Below, in pieces: positions 1-15,423 of a DNA stretch of 64,000 nt. The stretch comes from Actinomycetes bacterium (GTDB lineage: Bacteria; Actinomycetota; Acidimicrobiia; Acidimicrobiales; UBA8190). Under the pieces are notes generated by a model. It was not told the origin of the DNA, did not search any database, and was given only the letters and a program-made list of their open reading frames with translations. The position numbers and the translations under genes are program-made. The stretch is taken from assembly GCA_021819525.1 (NCBI GenBank), contig JAKAQW010000001.1, forward strand, positions 68-64,067, in the 5' to 3' direction. Each line of letters begins with the position of its first letter. Positions within the stretch are counted from its first letter, which is position 1.

Positions 1-104
1 CTGCCGCCGAAGGGCCCCCTGTGGCCCCCGAACCTGCCGCGGAGACCCCCCCTGCCGCCGAAGGGCCCGGCGCCGTCACCGAGGCCTCTGCCCCTGCCGA
101 CTGA
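1..104 (+). CDS. rplJ: 50S ribosomal protein L10, C-terminal end (partial, 5' end outside window)
   Basis: Frame 3 is open from base 3 to TGA 102-104. It reads [33 protein letters not shown], an Ala/Glu/Pro tail with G/C third positions. It lies directly upstream of rplL, as in the conserved rplJL pair. Identity rests on synteny only. Confidence 0.35.
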   Translation, partial: AAEGPPVAPEPAAETPPAAEGPGAVTEASAPAD

Positions 105-171
105 CGAGCCCTCGCCTGTATCCCTGCCGACTGACGAGCCCTCGCCTTTACCCCTGGGCCTTTACCCCTGG
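92..171. repeat. 30-bp tandem duplication (x2) followed by a 14-bp tandem duplication (x2) in the rplJ-rplL spacer
   Basis: CCCTGCCGACTGACGAGCCCTCGCCT occurs at 92-117 and 122-147. CCTTTACCCCTGG occurs at 145-157 and 159-171. Confidence 0.92.
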
Positions 172-285
172 CCCGACGAGCGGCTTGGACTGGCGGTGCC
201 GGACCCCGTGCTCGACCGACGGGCAGGGTGCCGGCTCGACCGTAACGATCCCACCGATGCATCGACCACAAGGAGCACGAGCACC

Positions 286-678
286 ATGGCATTGACCAAA
301 GAAGAGATCCTCGACGGCATCGCCGCCCTGTCGGTCCTGGAGCTGTCCGAGCTCCTGAAGGAGTTCGAAGAGCGCTTCGGCGTGACCGCTGCTGCCCCGG
401 TGGCCGTGGTCGGTGCGCCGGCAGCGGCTGGCGCGGACAGCGCCGTGGGCGGGGCTGAGGACGAGAAGTCCGAGTTCGACGTGGTCCTGACCGCGGCAGG
501 TGATAAGAAGATCCAGGTCATCAAAGAAGTCCGGGCGCTCACCAGCCTCGGGCTGAAAGAGGCGAAGGACCTGGTCGACAGCGCCCCCAAGCCGGTGTTG
601 GAGCGGGTGTCCAAGGAAGACGCCGACAAGGCCAGGGCCAAGCTCGAAGAGGCGGGTGCGACCGTCGAGGTGAAGTAG
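286..678 (+). CDS. rplL: 50S ribosomal protein L7/L12
   Basis: ATG 286 is preceded by AAGGAG (270-275). The product [33 protein letters not shown]...[18 protein letters not shown]...[10 protein letters not shown] is typical L7/L12. The tracked ORF from 196 is only an in-frame upstream extension. Confidence 0.96.
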   Translation: MALTKEEILDGIAALSVLELSELLKEFEERFGVTAAAPVAVVGAPAAAGADSAVGGAEDEKSEFDVVLTAAGDKKIQVIKEVRALTSLGLKEAKDLVDSAPKPVLERVSKEDADKARAKLEEAGATVEVK

Positions 679-764
679 CGGGCGGCACCGGCCAGGTCTC
701 GGCCATCGGGGGCTGTGTAGCTCGGGCGGGGTGCGACCGTCGAGGTGAAGTAGCGGGCGGCACC
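654..764. repeat. 36-bp exact direct repeat copying the rplL 3' end and stop
   Basis: GGGTGCGACCGTCGAGGTGAAGTAGCGGGCGGCACC occurs at 654-689 (rplL TAG at 676-678) and again at 729-764. Confidence 0.95.
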
Positions 765-854
765 AGGCCCGGCGAACTGCTCGGGCTCGGGCTCGGGCTG
801 TGGTAGCGGCCAGCTCCGCTCCACGGTGCCGGCAACCGCTCCGATCGCCAGGTC

Positions 855-947
855 GGGCTCCAGCCGCCTCCGGGGGAGAGGGCTCCAGCCGCCCCCGGGG
901 GAAGGTGCTCGACGCCGGGCTCGGGGGAAGGTGCTTGACGCCGGGCT
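855..947. repeat. two adjacent tandem duplications (25 bp x2, 26 bp x2) in the rplL-rpoB spacer
   Basis: GGGCTCCAGCCGCC(T/C)CCGGGGGA occurs at 855-877 and 880-902. CGGGGGAAGGTGCT(C/T)GACGCCGGGCT occurs at 896-921 and 922-947. Confidence 0.9.
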
Positions 948-1452
948 CGGCAATCTTTACCCTGACGGGGAGTGCCGCTGACGGGGAGCGCGCTGCCTTG
1001 CATCGCGGCGCTCGATCGCGTATGCTTGGCTGTTGCCGTGCTCCGCCGTCGCGCCAGTCTTGTCGTCGTCGCCTGAATGACGCGCTCTCCCGCGTCCTCC
1101 TCGGGTGTTTGCCTGTCTCCGGCCCACAGGCGGGCTGCTACGCGCCACCCGGGCCGTTGCCAGCCGGTCACCAAGCCGGCCGGGATCCGCCGTCTCGGTG
1201 CCGAACCGTCTCGGGCATCGGCTGCCACCCCGGCGGCGTGCTCCGGCCGGGTCCGGGTGGCCGGCAGTACGGGTCGTGCTCTGGGAGCGGAGCACGACAT
1301 CGAAGCGCTCCTTCGTGGCACCGGGGCCCGGCGGGGCTCCATGCGTGACGCCGAGCAGCCCCTCGCTCCAGCGCCCTCGGCCCCTGTCCCACAGCTGTCG
1401 CCCCTCGTTCCACCGTTGTCCGCCAGTCCCCGCAATCGGAGGGAGTAGGCCC

Positions 1453-4400
1453 TTGCCTGCACGGTCAAAGAGCCCGGATCGCTTTTCCTTCGCCAACCTC
1501 GACGAGGTCTTGCCCCTGCCGGATCTGGTCGCCATCCAGCGCGACTCGTTCCAGTGGTTCTTGGACCGCGGGTTGGCAGGTGCGTTCGCCGACATCAGCC
1601 CCATCGAGGACTTCACCGGCCAGCTGAGCCTGGAGCTGGAGTTCGACCCGACCGACCCGGATCTGCGTCCCCCGCCCAAGTTCTCGGTGGAGGAGTGCAA
1701 GGAGAAGGACATGACCTATGCCGCCCCGGTGTTCGTCCGGGCGCGGTTCATGAACGCCGGCACCGGCGAGATCAAGGAGCAGACCGTCTTCATGGGGGAC
1801 TTCCCCATGATGACGGACAAGGGGACCTTCATCATCAACGGGACCGAGCGGGTGGTGGTGAGCCAGTTGGTGCGCTCGCCGGGGGTGATCTTCCAGCCCG
1901 GCCGCGACGCCAAGACCATCGTCACCGGCACCATCCACCCCTATCGGGGCGAGTGGGTCGAGTTCGACGTCGAGGCCAAGCCCTCACGTGACGTGACCGC
2001 AGGTGCCCGGGTGGCCCGCAAGCGCCGCCTGTCGCTGTTCGTCTTGCTCCGGGCGCTCGGGTACGAGGACGAGGGGCTCCTGGAGCGTTTCGTTCGCCAC
2101 TTCGACTTCCTCGAAGGTCAGTGGGAGAAGGAGCGCGACCTGGCGCCGTCGCGCGAGGAAGCCCTCCTCGAGATCTACAAGCGAGCCCGTCCCGGCGAGC
2201 CGCTCTCGGCCGAGGCGGCCCGGGTCTACTTCGACAACGCCTTCTTCAATCCCAAGCGCTACGACCTCACCCGGGTCGGGCGCTACAAGCTGAACCGCAA
2301 GCTCGGCCCCGAGATCGAGCGGATCTCCGAGGCGCTGGACGTCGTCTTGGAGCGTCCGGCGCCCGACCAGGGCGTGCTGAGCCCGTCGGAGGTGCTGGCC
2401 ACGGCCACCTACATGCTGCACCTGGCCGACGGCGAGGCTGGATATCGCATCGACGACCAGGACCACTTCGCGAACCGGCGGATCCGCTCGGTGGGCGAGC
2501 TGATCCAGAACCAGGTGCGCGTGGGGTTGTCGCGCATGGAGCGAGTGGTGCGCGAGCGCATGACCACTCAGGACGTCGAAGCCATCACCCCCCAGACGCT
2601 CATCAACATCCGACCGGTCGTCGCTGCCATCAAGGAGTTCTTCGGCACCAGCCAGCTCAGCCAGTTCATGGACCAGAACAATCCGCTGTCGGGGCTGGCC
2701 CACAAGCGCCGTCTCTCCGCGCTCGGGCCCGGCGGCCTGTCCCGGGAGCGGGCCGGGTTCGAGGTGCGCGACGTCCACAGCTCGCACTACGGCCGGATGT
2801 GCCCCATCGAGACTCCCGAAGGGCCGAACATCGGGCTCATCGGGGCGCTGGCCACCTACGCCCGGGTGAACGAGTACGGCTTCATCGAGACGCCGTACCG
2901 CACCGTGACCGACGGTGCGGTGACCGACGAGATCGTCTACCTCGCCGCGGACGAGGAAGAAGAGCACGTCATCGCCCAGGCGAACGCCAAGCTGGACGTC
3001 GACGGCCGGTTCGTCGACGAGCGGGTCCTGGTGCGCCGCGGCCCCCAAGGCGCCGGGGTCCGGGTGGGGGCCACGACCACGTCGTACGGCACCACCAGCG
3101 AGGTCGACTTCGTCCCGCCGGCCGAGGTCGACTTGATGGACGTCTCTACCAAGCAGATCGTGTCGGTGTCCACCGCGCTCATCCCTTTCGTCGAGCACGA
3201 CGACGCGAACCGGGCGCTCATGGGCGCCAACATGCAGAAGCAGGCCGTGCCGCTCGTAGTCCCCGAAGCGCCGTACATCGGCACCGGGGTCGAGGCCCGA
3301 GCTGCCCAGGACGCCGGTGACGTGGTGCTGGCCGAAGGCGACGGTGTGGTGGCCGAGGTCTCCGGCGAGCACGTCATCGTGGCCTACAACCCCGGCCAGC
3401 GCGATCGCAACGGGGTGGAGCTGGGCCGCAAGACCTACCGGCTGGCCAAGTTCCGGCGCTCGAACCAGAACACGTCGATCAACCAGAAGGTCGTCGTCGA
3501 CGAGGGGCGCACCGTCACCGCCGGCGACATCTTGGCCGACGGCCCCGCGACCCACAACGGCGAGCTGGCCCTGGGCAAGAACCTGCTGGTGGCCTTCATG
3601 CCGTGGGAGGGCTACAACTACGAAGACGCCATCATCCTCTCCGAGCGCCTGGTGCGTGACGACGTGCTCACCTCCATCCACATCGAGGAGCACGAGGTCG
3701 ACGCGCGCGACACCAAGCTCGGTGCCGAGGAGATCACCCGTGACATCCCCAACCTGTCCGAGGAGATCCTGGCCGACCTCGACGAGCGCGGCATCATCCG
3801 GATCGGTGCGGAGGTGAACGCGGGCGACGTGCTCGTCGGCAAGGTCACCCCGAAGGGCGAGACCGAGCAGACCCCCGAGGAGCGCCTGCTGCGGGCGATC
3901 TTCGGCGAGAAGGCCCGCGAGGTGCGCGACACGTCGCTGAAGGTGCCTCACGGGGAGTCCGGCAAGGTCATCGACGTGCGGGTGTTCTCGCGTGAGGACT
4001 CCCACGAGCTGCCCCCCGGGGTGAACCAGCTCGTGCGGGTGTACGTGGCGCAGAAGCGCAAGATCTCCGAGGGCGACAAGCTGGCCGGACGGCACGGGAA
4101 CAAGGGCGTCATCTCCAAGATCCTGCCCGTCGAGGACATGCCGTACCTCGCCGACGGGACCCCGGTCGACATCATCTTGAACCCCCTCGGAGTGCCCAGC
4201 AGGATGAACGTGGGCCAGGTGCTCGAGTCCCATCTCGGCTACGCGGCCCGGTGGGGCTGGGAGGGAGTGGAGCCCCACAACCAGCCGGTGCGTGGCACCG
4301 AGACGAAGACCCGGCCCCGGACCGACCCCGCGGTGTGGGTGGCGACCCCCGCCTTCGACGGGGCGCACTGGGACGAGGCGGCCGGTGCGGGACGCCATCC

Positions 4401-5012
4401 CACCATGAAGCAGGTCTTCGGCACGCTCACCTCCGACTCGGCCGACGGTAGGCGCCAGATCGGCACCGACGGCAAGGCCACGTTGTACAACGGTCGAACC
4501 GGAGAGCCCTACGACAACCCGATCTCGGTGGGCTACGTCTACATCTTGAAGCTGGCCCACCTGGTCGACGACAAGATCCACGCCCGCTCCACCGGCCCCT
4601 ACTCGATGATCACCCAGCAGCCGCTCGGCGGCAAGGCGCAGTTCGGGGGGCAGCGCTTCGGGGAGATGGAGGTGTGGGCGCTCGAGGCGTACGGCGCCGC
4701 CTACGCCCTCCAGGAGCTGCTCACCATCAAGTCCGACGACGTGCTCGGCCGGGTGAAGGTGTACGAGGCCATCGTGAAAGGTGAGAACATCCCCGAGCCG
4801 GGGATTCCCGAGAGCTTCAAGGTGCTCATCAAGGAGATGCAGTCGCTCTGCCTCGACGTGGAGGTCCTGTCGGCCACCGGTGAGGAGATCGAGATGCGCG
4901 AGCTCGACGAGGACGTCTTCCGCACCGCAGAGGAGCTGGGCATCGACATCAGCCGGCCCGAGCGGGGGTCGGACGAGGAAGACGAGCGCCGTGCCGCGGA
5001 GAGGAGCCTGTA

Positions 5013-5013
<1 letters not shown>
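1453..5013 (+). CDS. rpoB: DNA-directed RNA polymerase subunit beta
   Basis: In ORF 1105..5013, conserved sequence starts at [30 protein letters not shown] 1453 lies about 10 nt after GGAGGG (1437-1442) and gives about 1186 aa. Motifs include [20 protein letters not shown] and [13 protein letters not shown]. Confidence 0.95.
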
Positions 5014-9185
<4,172 letters not shown>

Positions 9186-9361
9186 GCATCAGGGGCCCGA
9201 TGCAAGCCAGCGCCAGCAGCGACCGCTTGCCGCTCTGGCGCCCGGCGACTAGCATGGCATCGCTGTGTCGCGACGCGCCCGGTGGTGCGTCGCCGGCGTT
9301 CGGGTGCGCCACGTGCCCGACACGCAGTTCGCATCCCAGCTCACCGACCACGAGGTCACGC

Positions 9362-9733
9362 GTGCCCACGATCGAGCAGCTCGTCCGCAAGGGACGGGCC
9401 ACCAAGCCCTCCAAGACCAAGACCCCCGCCCTGCGGGGCGCGCCCCAGCGACGCGGCGTGTGCACGCGAGTGTTCACCACCACCCCGAAGAAGCCGAACT
9501 CGGCACTGCGCAAGGTGGCCCGTGTCCGGCTCACGAGCGGCGTCGAGGTGAGCGCGTACATCCCCGGGGTCGGGCACAACCTCCAGGAGCACTCGATCGT
9601 GCTGGTGCGTGGCGGCCGGGTGAAGGACCTGCCCGGCGTCCGCTACAAGGTGATCCGCGGCGCTCTCGACGCAGCAGGGGTCCGCGAGCGCAAGCAGGCC
9701 CGTTCCCGCTACGGCGCGAAGAAGGAGGCCTGA
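9362..9733 (+). CDS. rpsL: 30S ribosomal protein S12
   Basis: GTG 9362 lies within ORF 9200..9733. Product is [57 protein letters not shown]..., 123 aa. Confidence 0.95.
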   Translation: MPTIEQLVRKGRATKPSKTKTPALRGAPQRRGVCTRVFTTTPKKPNSALRKVARVRLTSGVEVSAYIPGVGHNLQEHSIVLVRGGRVKDLPGVRYKVIRGALDAAGVRERKQARSRYGAKKEA

Positions 9734-9734
9734 G

Positions 9735-10205
9735 GTGCCCCGCAACGGACCGGCGACCCGCCGGGATCTGGCCCCCGACCCGGTGTACCACTCGGTGCTC
9801 GTCACCCAGGTGGTGAACAAGGTCCTGTCGCGCGGCAAGCGCACCCTGGCCGAGCGCATCGTGTACCAGGCTCTCGAGCTGGTGCGGGACCGGGGCTCGT
9901 CGGACCCGGTCGCCGCGTTGAAGAAGGCGGTGGAGAACACCCGCCCGGAGCTCGAGGTGCGCAGCCGGCGGGTCGGCGGCGCCACGTACCAGGTGCCCGT
10001 CGAGGTCCGTCCCCGCCGGGCCACCACCTTGGCCATCCGCTGGCTGGTCGGCTACTCCCGCCAGCGTCGCGAGAAGACCATGGTCGAGCGCCTCGCCGGG
10101 GAGATCCTCGACGCCGCCAACGGCTCCGGTGCAGCGGTGAAGCGACGCGAAGACCTGCACAAGATGGCCGAGTCGAACCGAGCCTTCGCCCACTACCGCT
10201 GGTGA
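9735..10205 (+). CDS. rpsG: 30S ribosomal protein S7
   Basis: GTG 9735 follows GAAGGAGG. Product is [44 protein letters not shown]...[11 protein letters not shown]. Confidence 0.96.
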   Translation: MPRNGPATRRDLAPDPVYHSVLVTQVVNKVLSRGKRTLAERIVYQALELVRDRGSSDPVAALKKAVENTRPELEVRSRRVGGATYQVPVEVRPRRATTLAIRWLVGYSRQRREKTMVERLAGEILDAANGSGAAVKRREDLHKMAESNRAFAHYRW

Positions 10206-10403
10206 ACCTGGCCCGCAGCCACCCCCGGGGCACCTAGCACCCAGACGTTCCAGCCCGACCGGCAGCCGAAGCGCACGGCTCGTCCTCGAGCACCAGCCAC
10301 GAACCTCTCGACCGGCGCTGGCCAGCGCAGCTCCGGCACCGATCTCGCAGCACTCTCTCAGCACCGATCAGACCAGTCCCACGACCGATAGAGCACGACG
10401 ACC

Positions 10404-12497
10404 ATGGCCGACGCCCTCCCCATCCGTGAGTTCCCCCTGGCCCGGACCCGAAACATCGGGATCATGGCCCATATCGACGCGGGCAAGACCACCACCACCG
10501 AGCGCATCTTGTACTACACCGGGAAGAACTACAAGATCGGTGAGGTCCACGAGGGCGCCGCCACCATGGACTGGATGGTCCAGGAGCAGGAGCGGGGCAT
10601 CACCATCACCTCGGCCGCCACGACCTGCAAGTGGCGCGACAGCTGGATCAACATCATCGACACGCCCGGGCACGTCGACTTCACCGTCGAGGTGGAGCGC
10701 TCGCTGCGCGTGCTCGACGGGGCCGTAGCCGTGTTCGACGCGGTGGCCGGCGTGGAGCCGCAGACCGAGACGGTATGGCGCCAGGCGAACAAGTACCGCG
10801 TCCCGCGGATCTGCTTCGTGAACAAGATGGACCGGATCGGTGCCGACTTCGCCCGAACGGTGGAGATGATCAGCGACCGCCTCGACGCCACCCCGGCGGT
10901 GGTGCAGCTGCCGATCGGGGCCGAGAGCGGCTTCGTCGGCGTGGTGGATCTCCTGGGCATGGCGGCGCTGGTATGGGACGAGGGCATGGGCGACACCTGG
11001 CGCGTGGAGCCCGTCCCCGACGACCTGTTGGTCGACGCCGAAGACGCCCGGCACCAGCTGGTCGACGTGCTCTCGAACTTCGACGATGCCCTCACCGAGA
11101 AGTACCTGGGTGAGGAGGAGATCACTGCCGCCGACCTCCGTCGGGCGCTGCGCAGCTCCACCATCGCCAGCCAGGTCGTGCCCGTGCTCTGTGGCTCGGC
11201 GTTCAAGAACAAAGGCGTCCAGCCCATGCTCGACGCCGTGGTGGACTACCTGCCGAGCCCGCTCGACGTGGCGCCGACCGAGGGGCTCTCCATGAAGGGC
11301 GAGCCGGTCCAGCGCAAGCAGGACGATGCCGAGCCCTTCGCAGCGCTGGCCTTCAAGATCATGACCGATCCCTACGTGGGCAAGCTGACCTACCTCCGGG
11401 TCTACTCCGGGACCCTCACCAAGGGTTCGAGCGTCTTGAACTCGACCAAGGACCGCAAGGAGCGGGTCGGCCGCATCCTGCAGATGCACGCGAACCATCG
11501 CGAGGACAAGGACGCCATCTTCACCGGCGACATCGTGGCCGCCGTCGGGCTCAAGGGCACCACCACCGGTGACACCTTGTGCGACCCGGCCAACCCGGTG
11601 ATCCTCGAGGCGCTGGAGTTCCCCGAACCGGTCATCCACGTCGCCGTGGAGCCGAAGACCAAGGCCGACCAGGACAAGCTGTCCAAAGCCCTGTTCGCGC
11701 TCTCCGAGGAGGACCCGACCTTCCGGGTCCGTACCGACGACGAGACCGCCCAGACGGTCATATCGGGCATGGGCGAGCTGCACCTGGAGGTCCTCGTCGA
11801 CCGGATGCTGCGGGAGTTCTCCGTCGACGCGAACGTGGGCAAGCCCCAGGTCGCCTACCGCGAGACCATCCGCAAGCCGGTGGAGAAGATCGAAGAGCGC
11901 TATGTCCGCCAGACCGGCGGCCGGGGCCAGTACGGCCACGTCGTCATCTCGCTCGAGCCCACCGGGCCCGGCGGCGGCTACGAGTTCGTCGACAAGATCA
12001 GCGGCGGGGTGATCCCCAAGGAGTACATCCCCGCCGTCGACGCCGGGATCCAAGAGGCCCTCACGAACGGGGTGCTGGCCGGCTATCCCATGGTGGACGT
12101 CCGAGTCACCTTGACGTTCGGCTCCTACCACGATGTGGACTCCTCGGAGATGGCGTTCAAGATCGCCGGTTCGATGGCGGTGAAGAAGGCTGCCCGTGCC
12201 GCCAGCCCGGTGCTCCTCGAGCCGGTCATGGCCGTGGAGGTGGTCACCCCCGAGGAGCACATGGGCGACGTCATCGGCGACCTGTCGTCACGTCGCGGGA
12301 AGGTCGAGGGCATGGACCAGCGGGGTAGCAGCCAGGTCATCCGGGCGCTGGTCCCGTTGGCCGACATGTTCGGCTACGCTACCGACCTGCGTTCACGGAC
12401 GCAGGGACGCGCCACGTACTCCATGCAGTTCAGCGCCTACCACGAAGTGCCAGACTCGATCGCGCGGGAGATCATCGCCCGAGCCCGCGGCGAGTGA
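10404..12497 (+). CDS. fusA: elongation factor G
   Basis: 697 aa with GTPase motifs [32 protein letters not shown] and NKMD. It sits in the conserved str-operon position. Confidence 0.97.
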   Translation: MADALPIREFPLARTRNIGIMAHIDAGKTTTTERILYYTGKNYKIGEVHEGAATMDWMVQEQERGITITSAATTCKWRDSWINIIDTPGHVDFTVEVERSLRVLDGAVAVFDAVAGVEPQTETVWRQANKYRVPRICFVNKMDRIGADFARTVEMISDRLDATPAVVQLPIGAESGFVGVVDLLGMAALVWDEGMGDTWRVEPVPDDLLVDAEDARHQLVDVLSNFDDALTEKYLGEEEITAADLRRALRSSTIASQVVPVLCGSAFKNKGVQPMLDAVVDYLPSPLDVAPTEGLSMKGEPVQRKQDDAEPFAALAFKIMTDPYVGKLTYLRVYSGTLTKGSSVLNSTKDRKERVGRILQMHANHREDKDAIFTGDIVAAVGLKGTTTGDTLCDPANPVILEALEFPEPVIHVAVEPKTKADQDKLSKALFALSEEDPTFRVRTDDETAQTVISGMGELHLEVLVDRMLREFSVDANVGKPQVAYRETIRKPVEKIEERYVRQTGGRGQYGHVVISLEPTGPGGGYEFVDKISGGVIPKEYIPAVDAGIQEALTNGVLAGYPMVDVRVTLTFGSYHDVDSSEMAFKIAGSMAVKKAARAASPVLLEPVMAVEVVTPEEHMGDVIGDLSSRRGKVEGMDQRGSSQVIRALVPLADMFGYATDLRSRTQGRATYSMQFSAYHEVPDSIAREIIARARGE

Positions 12498-12629
12498 CCC
12501 AGGGGTCGCCCGGTACCCGACCGGCCGTCCCCCGAGACGCAGTACCAGCGAGCACCGCACCACCAGACGAAGACACCAGGCGCCACCCGACGGGGGGACC
12601 GCCCGAGACCAGGAGCCGTACCGACCGCC

Positions 12630-13817
12630 ATGGCCAAGCAGAAGTTCGAGCGCACCAAGCCCCACGTCAACATCGGCACGATGGGACACATCGACCACGG
12701 GAAGACGACGCTCACCGCCGCCATCACCAAGGTCCTCTCCGAGCAGAACCCCAACGTGCACTTCACGCCGTTCGACCAGATCGACAAGGCTCCCGAGGAG
12801 AAGCAGCGGGGGATCACCATCTCGATCGCCCACGTCGAGTACGAGACCGCGAACCGCCACTACGCGCATGTCGACATGCCCGGGCACGCGGACTACATCA
12901 AGAACATGATCACCGGTGCCGCGCAGGTGGACGGCGCCATCCTGGTGGTCTCGGCGGCCGACGGCCCCATGCCCCAGACCCGTGAGCACGTGCTGCTGGC
13001 CCGCCAGGTGGGTGTGCCCTACATCGTCGTCGCCTTGAACAAGACCGACATGGTCGACGACGAAGAGCTCCTCGACCTGGTCGAGCTCGAGGTGCGCGAG
13101 CTGCTCAGCTCGTACGACTTCCCCGGGGACGACATCCCGGTGGTCCGGGTGAGCGCGCTCAAGGCGCTCGAAGGCGACGCCGAGTGGACGCCGAAGATCC
13201 TGGAGCTCATGGCGGCGGTCGACGAGTACATCCCCGAGCCCGACCGGCCGATCGACCGGCCGTTCCTCATGCCCATCGAAGACGTCATGTCCATCACCGG
13301 GCGTGGCACCGTCGTCACCGGCAAGGTGGAGCAGGGACAGGTGAAGGTCGGGGAAGAGGTCGAGATCGTCGGGTTGCGCAACACCCAGAAGTCCACCGTG
13401 ACCGGCGTGGAGATGTTCCGCAAGCTCCTCGACGAGGGCCGTGCCGGGGACAACATCGGCGCCTTGCTGCGTGGCATCAAGAAGGAGGACGTGGAACGGG
13501 GCCAGGTGCTCGCCAAGCCCGGCTCCATCACGCCGCACACCAACTTCGAGGCGAACGTCTACGTGCTCACCAAGGAGGAAGGTGGGCGGCACAAGCCGTT
13601 CTTCAACAACTACCGGCCGCAGTTCTACTTCCGCACCACCGACGTCACCGGCTCCATCACCCTGCCAGAAGGCACCGAGATGGTCATGCCGGGAGACAAC
13701 ACCGAGATGACCGTCGAGCTGCAGAAGCCCATTGCCATGGACGAAGGGCTGCTCTTCGCCATCCGCGAGGGTGGGCGCACCGTCGGCTCGGGTCGCGTCA
13801 CGAAGATCCTGAAGTAG
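12630..13817 (+). CDS. tuf: elongation factor Tu
   Basis: 395 aa with [40 protein letters not shown] and NKTD. Confidence 0.98.
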   Translation: MAKQKFERTKPHVNIGTMGHIDHGKTTLTAAITKVLSEQNPNVHFTPFDQIDKAPEEKQRGITISIAHVEYETANRHYAHVDMPGHADYIKNMITGAAQVDGAILVVSAADGPMPQTREHVLLARQVGVPYIVVALNKTDMVDDEELLDLVELEVRELLSSYDFPGDDIPVVRVSALKALEGDAEWTPKILELMAAVDEYIPEPDRPIDRPFLMPIEDVMSITGRGTVVTGKVEQGQVKVGEEVEIVGLRNTQKSTVTGVEMFRKLLDEGRAGDNIGALLRGIKKEDVERGQVLAKPGSITPHTNFEANVYVLTKEEGGRHKPFFNNYRPQFYFRTTDVTGSITLPEGTEMVMPGDNTEMTVELQKPIAMDEGLLFAIREGGRTVGSGRVTKILK

Positions 13818-13855
13818 TCCCGAGCCACACGCGCCAGCGAGGAGACGAGCCGATC

Positions 13856-14182
13856 GTGGCCGACACCACCCGACAGAAGATCCGGATCAGGTTGAAGGCC
13901 TACGACCACGAGATCCTCGACCAGTCCACGGAGAAGATCGTGCAGACCGTGCTGCGCACCCAAGCGAAGATCCTGGGTCCGGTGCCGTTGCCCACCGAGA
14001 AGCACCGCTACACGGTGATCCGCTCACCGCACAAGTACAAGGACAGCCGGGAGCACTTCGAGATGCGGGTGCACAAGCGCCTGGTGGACATCGTCGAGCA
14101 CACGCCGAAGACAGTCGACTCCCTCCAGCGCCTCGACCTGCCGGCCGGGGTCGACATCGAGATCAAGATCCAGAACGTCTGA
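13856..14182 (+). CDS. rpsJ: 30S ribosomal protein S10
   Basis: GTG 13856 follows GAGGAG. Product is [71 protein letters not shown], 108 aa. Confidence 0.95.
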   Translation: MADTTRQKIRIRLKAYDHEILDQSTEKIVQTVLRTQAKILGPVPLPTEKHRYTVIRSPHKYKDSREHFEMRVHKRLVDIVEHTPKTVDSLQRLDLPAGVDIEIKIQNV

Positions 14183-14217
14183 GGTGATGATCCTCGCTCT
14201 GTGGCGCGAGCATCACC
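14183..14217 (+). terminator. GC-rich hairpin immediately after the rpsJ stop (possible terminator or processing site)
   Basis: GGTGATG (14183-14189) pairs with CATCACC (14211-14217), and CTCGC (14193-14197) pairs with GCGAG (14206-14210). The loop is 8 nt and no U-tract follows. Confidence 0.25.
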
Positions 14218-14757
14218 CGCTGTGGCGGCCCCTTCCAGAGGCCATGGGGGTCTGACCCGACGGCCGCCCGGTGTCGAGTGCCGGTGGGCTGCCGCGACGC
14301 TGCCAGGCGCAGAGCCGGCAGGCGGCACCAGCTCGCCGGAGCGGGTGGAGCGCCCTCGTAGGGAGCGGGTCGGGGCTGTCGAAAGCGGCGCTCCGGTGGT
14401 CGCCGGACGGCTCGGTCCGTCGATGCCACGGGAGCCGACTGGCGACCTCGGTGGTGGCAGGGTAGACTCGTGCGCCGGTAGCTGGCAGGGCAGTCGGGTA
14501 GCACGGCCAGCTGCGAACAGATCGACGTCTCCGGACGCCCGCCGCGGTGGGAACCACGGAGCAAACCAGACGAGCGCTCCGCTCGGGGGTTCCCGGGCGG
14601 AGCGTTGGCGTGCCGAACGGTCGTCGTTCGCCACGCCGGGCCAGAGCTGGCCACCCGAGCCAGCGGTACGCGCGAAGCAGATCGGCGCCGCAGCGACGGC
14701 GCCACGGGTGCCGACGGCGCCCGCCGAGACGGACAAGACGGAGAGGACCACGGGACC

Positions 14758-15423
14758 GTGGCAACGAAGGCGATCGTCGGCGAGAAGGTCGGCATGACCC
14801 AGGTGTGGGATGAGCAGCACCGTGCCATACCGGTCACGGTCCTGAAGGTCGCGCCGATGCGGGTCGTGGCGGTGAAGACCCCCGAGCGCGAGGGGTACAG
14901 CGCCTTACAGGTGACCTGGGGTGTCCGGCGCCCCAGCACCCTGACCAAGCCGGAGCAGGGGCACTACGCCAAGGCGGGCGTGGAGCCGGGCCGGCGCCTC
15001 GTCGAGCTCCGCCTCGACGACACCAGCGCCTACCAGGTGGGCCAGCAGCTGACAGCCGACCTGATCGCGGTGGGTGACCGGGTCGACGTGATGTCTGTCT
15101 CCAAGGGAAAGGGCTTCGCCGGGGGCATGAAGCGCCACAACTTCAAGGGCCAAGGCGCCGGTCACGGCAACCACAAGAAGCATCGTGCTCCGGGCTCTGT
15201 GGGCGCGTGCGCCACCCCGGCCCGTGTCTTCAAGGGGACGCGCATGGCCGGGCGTCTCGGCGGCCAGCAGGTCACCACCGTGAACCTGCAGGTGATGGCG
15301 GCCGATGCCGAACGCCAGCTCGTCTTGGTGAAAGGGGCTGTCCCCGGTCCCCGCGGCGCCGTCGTCGTGGTGCGCGACACGGTCAAAGGGACGGCGGGCA
15401 TCGTCGACGGGAGATCGGCATGA
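14758..15423 (+). CDS. rplC: 50S ribosomal protein L3
   Basis: GTG 14758 follows GGAGAGGA. Product is VATKAIVGEKVGMTQVWDEQHRAIPVTVLKV...KGKGFAGGMKRHNFKGQGAGHGNHKKHRAPGS, 221 aa. Confidence 0.94.
   Translation: MATKAIVGEKVGMTQVWDEQHRAIPVTVLKVAPMRVVAVKTPEREGYSALQVTWGVRRPSTLTKPEQGHYAKAGVEPGRRLVELRLDDTSAYQVGQQLTADLIAVGDRVDVMSVSKGKGFAGGMKRHNFKGQGAGHGNHKKHRAPGSVGACATPARVFKGTRMAGRLGGQQVTTVNLQVMAADAERQLVLVKGAVPGPRGAVVVVRDTVKGTAGIVDGRSA

Noticed and set aside
1105-1452. Upstream in-frame extension of rpoB (ORF track start 1105).
   Set aside because: The extra ~115 residues are Arg/Pro/Ser-rich and unlike any beta subunit N-terminus. TTG 1453 has an SD and gives the normal length.
10368-13592. Minus-strand ORFs 10368..12260 (630 aa) and 12393..13592 (399 aa) antisense to fusA and tuf.
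   Set aside because: This is the same antisense artefact. EF-G and EF-Tu on the plus strand fully explain the region.
14183-14757. Possibility that the rpsJ-rplC spacer encodes RNase P RNA, SRP RNA, tmRNA or a tRNA.
   Set aside because: Short similarities exist (for example GCGCCGGTAGCTGGCAGGG resembles part of 4.5S RNA, and CCACGGAGCAAACC resembles an RNase P segment). However, the defining motifs (GAGGAAAGTCC, the GGAA-type SRP loop, a T-arm GGTTCGA with a CCA end) are absent or in the wrong order.
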